Shown piece by piece: positions 1-7,325 of a stretch of DNA of 26,779 nucleotides. The stretch's first letter is position 1; every line of letters starts with the position of its first letter. The position numbers were made by a program, and so were the translations under genes. This stretch comes from a virus (taxonomy: Duplodnaviria > Caudoviricetes), in IMG/VR virus record IMGVR_UViG_3300025084_000179, positions 1 to 26,779 of that record; one strand, written 5' to 3'. The notes under the pieces were generated by a model. It had not been told where the DNA came from, did not search any database, and saw nothing but the letters and a program-made list of their open reading frames with translations.

Positions 1-1193
1 TTATCAGCATATTGGTTTACATCGTAAGCAGTAAACGCAGCTTCAAGAGCTGAACCAACAATAGGAATTTTTGTTAATAACTTTCTAGACCCAGTTTTTA
101 ATGCCGGTTTCAAGACTTTACCTAAGGCCGTTTTTGCTTGTCCTACACCTTTTAAAATTTTACCACCTACATATTGTACTGCTCCTTTGGTATACTTTAC
201 ACCAGACTTAACCATATTTACTCCTGATTGAAGACCTTGCTTAATAACTCCGGGAGCTGCTTTAACTGCTTTAACAGTAGTCTTTATAGCGGACTTCGTT
301 TTATCAATTCCTGACTTGACAAGGTTCGAACCTTTATCATATAGAGTTCCCCAAAATCCCCTACTTGACCCACCCCCTCCTCCACCACCACGCGCTGCAT
401 TGACGGCGGCGGAAGCACTACTGGCTACAGCTTTTGCACCTCCCTTAACCATATTAAGAGCTTTAGACAAAAACCCCTTCATTGAATTAAAAGCACCTTT
501 AACTGCACCTTTTAAAGCATTAGCCCATTTCGAATTCCATAGCGCGCTAAACATGCCTTTAATCGCGCCCCCTACTTTACTTGCCGCATTCTTAAGAAAT
601 CCTAGCAATCTTCTACCAACTTTTTTAAGACCTCTCCAAATAGCCTTGGCTGCCTTTTTAGCACCGTTAAATAAAAATCGCCCAAACTTTGCCAATAACC
701 TACCAATACCCTTAAAAAGCTTAACAAAAGCACCTTTAAGAAACTTGAGAAACTTACCCATGTATTCGAAAAACTTTTTCTTAATTAAACCCCATAGTAA
801 TGGACCTAACGTAGCAAGCAAAGCACCTAACGCGCCTAGCTTCTCAAGTAGCCCTCCTTCCGCTTCCTTAGCGCCGGCAGCTCCTTCAGTAGTTGCAGAC
901 ATACCTTTAACTTTGTCTTTAGCAGACGTATCTCCAGTTCTTGCAGCTTCTGGATCAGGGTTAATGACATTACGGAGGATTTCGAATATCTTAGTGTACC
1001 TCGTCGTCTCATTTGATGTGAGTGTGGCACTTACAGGTTTCTCTTTTTCTCGTGACTTTTTATTACCAGCCTTTGAATCAATAATTACGCCCCTTTTACC
1101 TTTAGTTTTTGTACCAGAGGCCTCGTCTTCAATTGACTTCTGAGCAGTAATAATTCTCAAGCCATCAACTATTTGTGATATATCATCAGCCAC
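1..1193 (-). CDS. Tape-measure-like / T4 gp29-like baseplate hub protein (runs off the left edge; missing from the ORF track)
   Basis: GTG at 1193 begins MADDISQIVDGLRIITAQKSIEDEASG... and the frame appears open to the window edge. It contains long Ala/Gly/Lys/Phe amphipathic helical segments (e.g. FLKFLKGAFVKLFKGIGRLLAKFGRFLF). TAAATA lies 5 nt upstream. It sits next to gp26-like genes. Confidence 0.65.
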   Translation of the reverse strand, partial: MADDISQIVDGLRIITAQKSIEDEASGTKTKGKRGVIIDSKAGNKKSREKEKPVSATLTSNETTRYTKIFEILRNVINPDPEAARTGDTSAKDKVKGMSATTEGAAGAKEAEGGLLEKLGALGALLATLGPLLWGLIKKKFFEYMGKFLKFLKGAFVKLFKGIGRLLAKFGRFLFNGAKKAAKAIWRGLKKVGRRLLGFLKNAASKVGGAIKGMFSALWNSKWANALKGAVKGAFNSMKGFLSKALNMVKGGAKAVASSASAAVNAARGGGGGGGSSRGFWGTLYDKGSNLVKSGIDKTKSAIKTTVKAVKAAPGVIKQGLQSGVNMVKSGVKYTKGAVQYVGGKILKGVGQAKTALGKVLKPALKTGSRKLLTKIPIVGSALEAAFTAYDVNQYAD

Positions 1194-1198
1194 AAATA

Positions 1199-1204
1199 TA
1201 TTTA
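1199..1204 (-). promoter_or_regulatory. Late-promoter-like box TAAATA, 5 nt before GTG 1193
   Basis: Minus strand reads gatTAAATAtatttGTG; core of the T4 late consensus TATAAATA. Confidence 0.7.
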
Positions 1205-1215
1205 ATCTTAGAGCA

Positions 1216-1953
1216 TTAGTCTGCTGCTAAGAATCCAGCATCAATATTCACTACTGCATCATCATCAAAAGTAAGACATCTATCTTCAACTTTTTTAACG
1301 CTTGATATATAATCGATTATAGAATTATTTAACGATAAAGGAAGTTCATTAACCACTTTAACTCTTTCATAGACACTAAGATCATTAAAGCTTAAAGATG
1401 TTTCACCTAGCTTAATTGCATCAACAAACTTAATAATTTCATAAGTTAATACAAGCTCAATACTTTGCTTTTCTTGCTGTTCTTGTGTAAGCTTGCCTAA
1501 CTCCGTAATAATCTTTTTATTAATTTTTATATCAGTATCAATAGTTGGTACCTTACATGTGGCTTCAATACCACTATCCTCAATAGTTGCTGTAAGATTA
1601 ACATCTTTAATGTTATATGTTGGAAGTTCGCTTAAATCATAATCTTTTTCATCGATTAAAAACGTGTTACCGGATGTCGCTTTACGCAATTCAAGCAAAA
1701 TTGGTATTCTATCACATACTAAAAACTCTACATCATCTTGGCAGTTATCTTTAACAATATCGCTAAATACGTTTAAACTTTCTACTGATCCTTGCACACC
1801 ATCAAAAGCAGACTTGAGGAGTTTCTTTTGTTGTGTCACATTAAATTTTTTAAATGTAGCCTTTTTCGAAGTTGATGGTACTTTAATCGATACTGTACTT
1901 GCATCGTTAACTTGCTTAAGATCATTTAAGAAGGATTTGACATCGGCGTTCAT
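1216..1953 (-). CDS. gp26: Baseplate hub assembly protein, T4 gp26-like
   Basis: N-terminal IKVPSTSKKATFKKFNVTQQKKLL resembles the gp26-family motif (LPSTGKKIKYRPFxVKEEKxLL); 245 aa; baseplate context. Confidence 0.7.
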   Translation of the reverse strand: MNADVKSFLNDLKQVNDASTVSIKVPSTSKKATFKKFNVTQQKKLLKSAFDGVQGSVESLNVFSDIVKDNCQDDVEFLVCDRIPILLELRKATSGNTFLIDEKDYDLSELPTYNIKDVNLTATIEDSGIEATCKVPTIDTDIKINKKIITELGKLTQEQQEKQSIELVLTYEIIKFVDAIKLGETSLSFNDLSVYERVKVVNELPLSLNNSIIDYISSVKKVEDRCLTFDDDAVVNIDAGFLAAD

Positions 1954-1958
1954 AACTT

Positions 1959-1964
1959 TATTTA
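1959..1964 (-). promoter_or_regulatory. Late-promoter-like box TAAATA, 5 nt before ATG 1953
   Basis: Minus strand reads tcaTAAATAaagttATG. Confidence 0.7.
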
Positions 1965-1985
1965 TGATATGTTTTCAAATTGCAA

Positions 1986-2807
1986 CTATTGTTGCTGTTG
2001 TTGTTGATTTTTCTGAAGCTCTTTATTTTCTTCCTCGATTCTTAGATTATGTTGATTCAATATAATTTTTGTTTCAATAGGTGATAAATCGAAAAATATA
2101 TTTGAGCCAGGGGTAATAGTATTTTGAAAATAGTATAACAGTTTGTAAAATTGATTTAAATCTGTTGTAAAAATATTTGCAACTAATTCAATAAGACCGT
2201 TACTAATAATATTAATACCAAATCTTTCAACTCCTACCGCTTTATTCTCAGCAATAACAGTTACATCGAGCAAATCATTTGATATAGATTCAATATAAGC
2301 TTTAATTTTATTGAAAACTTCTACAGGGAGATTGTCAAGGATTTGTGATTGCTCTGCAGCAGGTAATTCATAAAAGGTTAAAGATTTATTACCTATCTTC
2401 ACCTTCTGTATTGTTGAAATAAATAGTTCATCTATTGTATTATAGTATGAAATAGTAGGTAGATCGAGCGTAACTTCAATATTCTTTTCGCTAAATGTAA
2501 GTTCAAAGTCTCTATAGTTTTCTTCTAGCTTATTAAGAAGTGCCACTAAGCTGATATCTATTTGTTTACCATCTTTATCCATAGTAATAATACTATCGAC
2601 AAAAGTCATTCTATAATATAGAAGTAAATATAGCCTATCGAAAATATTTAAATCATCATCAATGACAGTGTTTTCGAAAAATTTATTAAGTCCATAGTAA
2701 TCACCGTTGTTAATATATTTAACTATAGTGAGATAGTCCTTATTACTAAGTTCTTGGATTCTTTTTATTTTACTACTAGGTAACTTTACTTCAATATCAA
2801 ACTTCAT
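1986..2807 (-). CDS. Second gp26-like baseplate protein with a gp51-like C-terminus (start revised to ATG 2807)
   Basis: MKFDIEVKLPSSKIKRIQEL start overlaps the upstream stop (ATGA). C-terminal LNQFYKLLYYFQ...DLSPIETKIILNQHNLRIEEENKE resembles the short gp51-type proteins of T4-like phages. Confidence 0.55.
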   Translation of the reverse strand: MKFDIEVKLPSSKIKRIQELSNKDYLTIVKYINNGDYYGLNKFFENTVIDDDLNIFDRLYLLLYYRMTFVDSIITMDKDGKQIDISLVALLNKLEENYRDFELTFSEKNIEVTLDLPTISYYNTIDELFISTIQKVKIGNKSLTFYELPAAEQSQILDNLPVEVFNKIKAYIESISNDLLDVTVIAENKAVGVERFGINIISNGLIELVANIFTTDLNQFYKLLYYFQNTITPGSNIFFDLSPIETKIILNQHNLRIEEENKELQKNQQQQQQ

Positions 2808-3541
2808 GTGTACAAGCCTGGAGTACTTAGCTTGTAATCGGAAAATATCCAACCCACAGTCTTAGTTATATCAGATAAACTAATAGCGTTATAACTCATT
2901 TGATCACCACCTTGAGTATTATATGGCGCGCAATTATAGAATGTAGTAGCTTTACGTAATTTATAATCAATTACATTCGTCTCATTTCTTATAGCAGCAT
3001 TTTGTGACGATCCTAGCTTATCCTCATAATGGTTATCTGCTCGAGTATATTGTGTTACCACAATATTACATTTAATATCAGTATCAGCATCACCATCTTC
3101 AATTAAACCTTTATAAGCAGTTGCAACAATCCACGGCTTGATAAAATAATCAACAACATCAATATTAGTTTCTAAAAAGCTAATACTAATTTGATTTCCA
3201 CTACCATAAGTACCTCTATTATCAGCGTAATATCCGTCTATCAACCCACCAGTTCCAGAACCAACCCCTGTAGTGTTTATAGAAACATTCTCAGTAGGCA
3301 TTGCAATAGTCTGCGCCAATAAGTAACCTTCTCTATCTTCTGAAAATTTATCAATTAAATCTGGAACAACTTGATAAGCTCTTGGTTGGTACTCCTCAAG
3401 CACCTTGCGAATACGATTACCAACTTCAGTCATAGATGGACCAGTCCTACTCTGAAATTGCACTCCCCAAAGATTTTTGAGAGGTATATCTCCAGACCAA
3501 TCTTGATGGACACGGAGGCGCTGTTTAATAGGTTGTCCCAT
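2804..3541 (-). CDS. Tail-tube-fold baseplate protein (gp54-like tube initiator)
   Basis: Tube-fold pattern AQTIAMP...ISISFLET...FIKPW...NIVVTQY...TFYNCAP...MSY...TVGWIF; directly downstream of the tail tube gene. Confidence 0.55.
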   Translation of the reverse strand: MGQPIKQRLRVHQDWSGDIPLKNLWGVQFQSRTGPSMTEVGNRIRKVLEEYQPRAYQVVPDLIDKFSEDREGYLLAQTIAMPTENVSINTTGVGSGTGGLIDGYYADNRGTYGSGNQISISFLETNIDVVDYFIKPWIVATAYKGLIEDGDADTDIKCNIVVTQYTRADNHYEDKLGSSQNAAIRNETNVIDYKLRKATTFYNCAPYNTQGGDQMSYNAISLSDITKTVGWIFSDYKLSTPGLYT

Positions 3542-3546
3542 CTATA

Positions 3547-4086
3547 TTACTGCTCTTTTGTATAGTAGTGGTACGCTATAGTTGCATTAACTTCAACTGT
3601 AGCACCAGTACCGTCGGAGATATTATAGCCTATATTATCAATATTACGTAAAGAAGCTCCTACTAGCTTGTATTGTGCAATAGGCTCAAGCTCTTTATCT
3701 AACTGTGCGAGCTGGATAAAGAAATCGTCATCAGGAGTACCATATTCACCAGTAGAGTTTAAATCATCAAATAAAGAGCGTGAAGCTCCTTCAAAGTAAT
3801 TGCGAAGTTCACTATCCGCATCAAGATAAAAATTAAGAGCATATCCATCTGAACCTGGGTATGTCACTGTTCCAGGTACATTTAATGCAAGGCCCATATA
3901 AGGTACTGCTACATTTGTAATACTACGTCCAGGTAGAGCTGCTGTCTTGACGTATACAAGATCATTTTCTGTTAAAGCTGGTACTCCTTGAAGTTGCATT
4001 TGTGTAACACGGAAGAGAAAATCTCGAGAAAAGTCACGATCTGCTGCAGTGCGGTAGAAATTTTGAATTGTCTGATTAACTGGCAT
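3547..4086 (-). CDS. gp19: Tail tube protein, T4 gp19-like
   Basis: SRDFLFRV...VKTAALPGRSITNVAVPYMGLALNVPGTVTY matches the gp19 pattern (RPNLFEV...KATALP...IPVGFMNRKINVAGDRTF); 179 aa. Confidence 0.8.
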   Translation of the reverse strand: MPVNQTIQNFYRTAADRDFSRDFLFRVTQMQLQGVPALTENDLVYVKTAALPGRSITNVAVPYMGLALNVPGTVTYPGSDGYALNFYLDADSELRNYFEGASRSLFDDLNSTGEYGTPDDDFFIQLAQLDKELEPIAQYKLVGASLRNIDNIGYNISDGTGATVEVNATIAYHYYTKEQ

Positions 4087-4091
4087 ATCAA

Positions 4092-4097
4092 TATTTA
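4092..4097 (-). promoter_or_regulatory. Late-promoter-like box TAAATA, 5 nt before ATG 4086
   Basis: Minus strand reads gacTAAATAttgatATG. Confidence 0.7.
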
Positions 4098-4181
4098 GTC
4101 TTCCAACACGAAAATTAACAAAAAGAACTACAATTGATTGTATAATATTTTATACAGGTGGACTATTATAGATCTACTGCA

Positions 4182-4187
4182 TAAATA
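4182..4187 (+). promoter_or_regulatory. Late-promoter-like box TAAATA, 8 nt before ATG 4196
   Basis: gcaTAAATAtatgtatcATG; divergent from the gp19 promoter. Confidence 0.6.
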
Positions 4188-4195
4188 TATGTATC

Positions 4196-4810
4196 ATGCG
4201 ATTAATTTCGTCAGTAAAAGGATTTCTTAATTCAGCAAATGCTCGGGCAGATCAATTGACAGCCATAGCTAAAGGTGCATTATGTTTACCGTCTATTTTA
4301 TCTAATTTACCAGATTTAGGTAAATCGGTAATGGGTAATATTTTAGCATCAGCCAATAGTATTCTTTCAGATGCAACAGCTGCTATTAGTGGTATTGTTA
4401 CTGATACAATAGATAATGCAATAGCTAAGATTACAGGCTCGATTGCTGGTGTGCTTAATACTATTACTGGCTTAGTAGCAGAAGTTGCAGGAGCTATCGA
4501 GAGCATAAAAAGTTTTGCAGAAGGGCTTAGTAGTAAAGTAAGCGATATTAAAGATTTTACAGCTAGTAAAGAAAACTGCAATTTTGCTGCAGCGAGTTTA
4601 TTAAATTGTATTGCTAGTCAAGCTCTGGCTAATGTATCTGCTAAAGCTGCAGTTGATGTGAGTAAAGGTCTTGTACCTATAGATGAGTTTGCAAATAGTA
4701 TATCGGAAAGTATTTTATCACCAGCTGGTGCTATTAACAATACTATTAATAAAACAGCCAACGAGATTGATAGAGCAACTCGCATGGTATCAAAAGCAGA
4801 TTTATTTTAA
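4196..4810 (+). CDS. Hypothetical Ala/Ser-rich helical protein, probably virion/baseplate associated
   Basis: 204 aa ORF with a late box; first gene of the spike operon. Confidence 0.6.
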   Translation: MRLISSVKGFLNSANARADQLTAIAKGALCLPSILSNLPDLGKSVMGNILASANSILSDATAAISGIVTDTIDNAIAKITGSIAGVLNTITGLVAEVAGAIESIKSFAEGLSSKVSDIKDFTASKENCNFAAASLLNCIASQALANVSAKAAVDVSKGLVPIDEFANSISESILSPAGAINNTINKTANEIDRATRMVSKADLF

Positions 4811-4811
4811 A

Positions 4812-6056
4812 ATGTTTGATAGCTTATACATCGGTAAAGTAATTCACGATAGTGATCTTCTATGTAAAGACGACACTGTTCCACAGAATCGTGTAAAGGT
4901 TTTTATTCATGGATTAACTCCTTCTATTGAAGAAGATTTCGACCAGCCTCGTGGTAAAACTAATGAAAATACTATGTCTACCCAAGCATTAAATGCTACA
5001 GGCCGGGAGTTTTATGCTCATGTGATGATGCCTATTATGGGTAGCGGTACTGGTGCAAAATATAATGCTAATACTGATATTCTAAGTGTAAGTGATACTG
5101 GTAACATTACTGATTTAAATGCATGCCCACCTGCTGACGCCTACTCTCATACCCATGATGGTTACTTAGGTGGTAATTCTATAGGTACAGCGGGAGTAAA
5201 TGTAACAGCTAACGCTTATAGCCCAGATAATAGATCAAACGCATATAAGGGTATGATGGCACTACCAAGTGTAGGTGCTACCGTTGTTGTTTCATTTATT
5301 AATAACGAGAGAAGTATGCCAATTATTTTAGGTGTATTGCCAAGTGTAGCTGATGTTGAATCAGTACATGGAGTAGGATTTAACGAAGAAGTCTATCCTA
5401 ACTATTCAATGGCTTATAGTAATTTAAATAGTGAGTCAATGAATACTGATCCGACGACTCCTGGTAATGGGTCCGATCCTACAGCACCAGGTGGTGGATC
5501 AACAATTAAGGAGTCAGCATCTGCAGAGGATACACGACCATATCTTCAACCAGGTGGTGCACCACCACTTGATACGTCTGAAGCTATAGGAACTACTACT
5601 ACAGCACCTGATGGTACAGTAACTACTACCAATCCTGATGGTACGATAACTATTACTAAACCTGATAAAACAGTAACTACTACTACAAATGATGGTACGG
5701 TAACTACACGTAAAACTCTACCCGATGGTACGGTAACAACATCGAAAACAACCGGATCAACAACAAGAACAACAACATTTACAGGTGGTGAGGAAATTAT
5801 AACCAAGCCACATGAACCACCACCACCTCAATATGTAAAGCGTGGTAATGCGACTGTACGCGTATCAGGAGATTTATCGCGAGCAGAAGCTGAGGCTGCA
5901 GCAGATAAAAAATTACGTGAATCAGCAGCAAACGCAAAACGTGCTGAAAAAGCGTGGAGCAAAAACAATAGAATCTCCGATGAGAAAAAGAAAAGCAATA
6001 TTATTAGGTCTAGGGAACGATATAATAAAATGAGAGGTATAACATATAACGAATAA
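4812..6056 (+). CDS. Baseplate spike N-terminal (gp5/VgrG-type OB-fold) protein with Thr-rich repeats (start revised to ATG 4812)
   Basis: YIGKVI...NRVKVFIHGL...AHVMMPI...LPSVGATVVVSFINNERSMPIILGVLP is the gp5 OB-fold signature. ATG 4812 follows the upstream stop at 4810. No lysozyme domain is visible. Confidence 0.7.
   Translation: MFDSLYIGKVIHDSDLLCKDDTVPQNRVKVFIHGLTPSIEEDFDQPRGKTNENTMSTQALNATGREFYAHVMMPIMGSGTGAKYNANTDILSVSDTGNITDLNACPPADAYSHTHDGYLGGNSIGTAGVNVTANAYSPDNRSNAYKGMMALPSVGATVVVSFINNERSMPIILGVLPSVADVESVHGVGFNEEVYPNYSMAYSNLNSESMNTDPTTPGNGSDPTAPGGGSTIKESASAEDTRPYLQPGGAPPLDTSEAIGTTTTAPDGTVTTTNPDGTITITKPDKTVTTTTNDGTVTTRKTLPDGTVTTSKTTGSTTRTTTFTGGEEIITKPHEPPPPQYVKRGNATVRVSGDLSRAEAEAAADKKLRESAANAKRAEKAWSKNNRISDEKKKSNIIRSRERYNKMRGITYNE
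5607..5744 (+). repeat. Intragenic tandem repeat, ~27 nt unit encoding (P/N)DGTVTTT-like 9-mers, 5 copies
   Basis: Units start at 5607, 5634, 5661, 5688 and 5721 (cctgatggtacagtaactact-like). Confidence 0.85.
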
Positions 6057-6061
6057 CTAAG

Positions 6062-7273
6062 ATGTTAGATAAAGAAATAAAAAGCCCTACAGAGTTTATT
6101 AATGAGCGGGGCCAGACTGTCCTTAACAACAAATCTGGTAGTATTGTGTTTGATGAGAATACTACTCAAGAAAGATTGCAACTTACTCACGCTTCCGGAG
6201 CTAACTTAAATTTTAATAATAAGACGGTTAGTACATTTGCTCCTAACAACATGCAAGATTTGACTAAAGGTAATAAGTTTAGCACTACAATCGGTGATAG
6301 CTTCAGTCAAACGCAAAGCAATAAAGAAGAGCGTACATACGGAGATCATACTATCATAGCAGGCTCTCCTAAATTTTTTACAGAAGGGTTAAGTGATTCG
6401 TGGTTGACTGAAGCACGAGACATAGCTGCAGCTAAAGCAGGACCAGAAAAATTATATGGTGGTGTTGGTAACAATACTGATACAGAGTATCCTATAGATG
6501 GTAAAACAGATGCTAATAGTGGCGCTGTAGAAGGAGGTACTTTTGCAACAAATAAAGCTCAAGATAACGTACAGCAGTTAATGGAAGAAAAAGCTGCACC
6601 TCTATCAAATATTGAGAAAGAGATGGGTGTAGGTGGTAATATTAAAATGCTCTCTACTAAGCATTTAGTTCTTCAAGCTGGTTCAAAACCTACATCATTC
6701 GATTCTGGACTTATTATTAAGAATGGTAGATCTGTTACACAAAAGTATGAATATAAAAATGGTGAGTTGGTAGAGTGTAAAACTAGTGTATCGGTATATG
6801 AAAGTAAAGATACGTCAAGTGCAGTACCGTTTGGAGATGTTCAAATTGCAGCTGGTACAAAATTAAGAGCATCAGTTGGATCAGGTGGAATAGGTTTTAC
6901 ATCTAGTGGAGATAATAGTTTCACTGGTACTGGTAGAACTACTATTGGTGGCGCTGAAGTTGCTATTACTGGATCAACAATTGGGGATGCTGGTCGAGTT
7001 ACTATAGTTAGCGATACAGATATCTATATGGAAGCAGGAGTTATAACAGCTCGTAATGCTCCTAACATTAATGATATAGCTGACAATACCCATACCTTTA
7101 TAACACCACAAGCAGTCTTTACAGGTAACTTACACGTAGCTGGTGACCTTATAGTTCAAGGTGAGATTATAGCCAATGGTGATATTACAGCTGGAGGCCC
7201 TGGTGGAGTATCTCTACTCAAGCATACTCATACTACGATAAAAGAGGGTAAGAAAACCACCCGGCCAAATTAA
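6062..7273 (+). CDS. Baseplate spike C-terminal beta-helix protein with HxH apex motif
   Basis: ERLQLTHASG resembles the gp5 C-terminal region. Gly/Ser/Thr beta-repeats lead to FTGNLHVAGDLIVQGEIIANGDITAG...VSLLKHTH, like the P2 gpV / phi92 gp138 spike tip. Confidence 0.7.
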   Translation: MLDKEIKSPTEFINERGQTVLNNKSGSIVFDENTTQERLQLTHASGANLNFNNKTVSTFAPNNMQDLTKGNKFSTTIGDSFSQTQSNKEERTYGDHTIIAGSPKFFTEGLSDSWLTEARDIAAAKAGPEKLYGGVGNNTDTEYPIDGKTDANSGAVEGGTFATNKAQDNVQQLMEEKAAPLSNIEKEMGVGGNIKMLSTKHLVLQAGSKPTSFDSGLIIKNGRSVTQKYEYKNGELVECKTSVSVYESKDTSSAVPFGDVQIAAGTKLRASVGSGGIGFTSSGDNSFTGTGRTTIGGAEVAITGSTIGDAGRVTIVSDTDIYMEAGVITARNAPNINDIADNTHTFITPQAVFTGNLHVAGDLIVQGEIIANGDITAGGPGGVSLLKHTHTTIKEGKKTTRPN

Positions 7274-7274
7274 C

Positions 7275-7306
7275 AAAAAAAAGAGGAGGTCTTTCGACCC
7301 CCTCTT
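7275..7306 (-). terminator. Rho-independent terminator for the sheath gene
   Basis: Minus strand: AAGAGGGGGTC-GAAA-GACCTCCTCTT followed by a T-run; lies between convergent genes. Confidence 0.85.
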
Positions 7307-7325
7307 AAAGTTATTTGAAGTATTA

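Noticed and set aside
316-1143. 275 aa Pro/Leu/Ala-rich + strand ORF
   Set aside because: Antisense shadow of the minus-strand tape-measure-like gene, which has the late box and fits the operon orientation.
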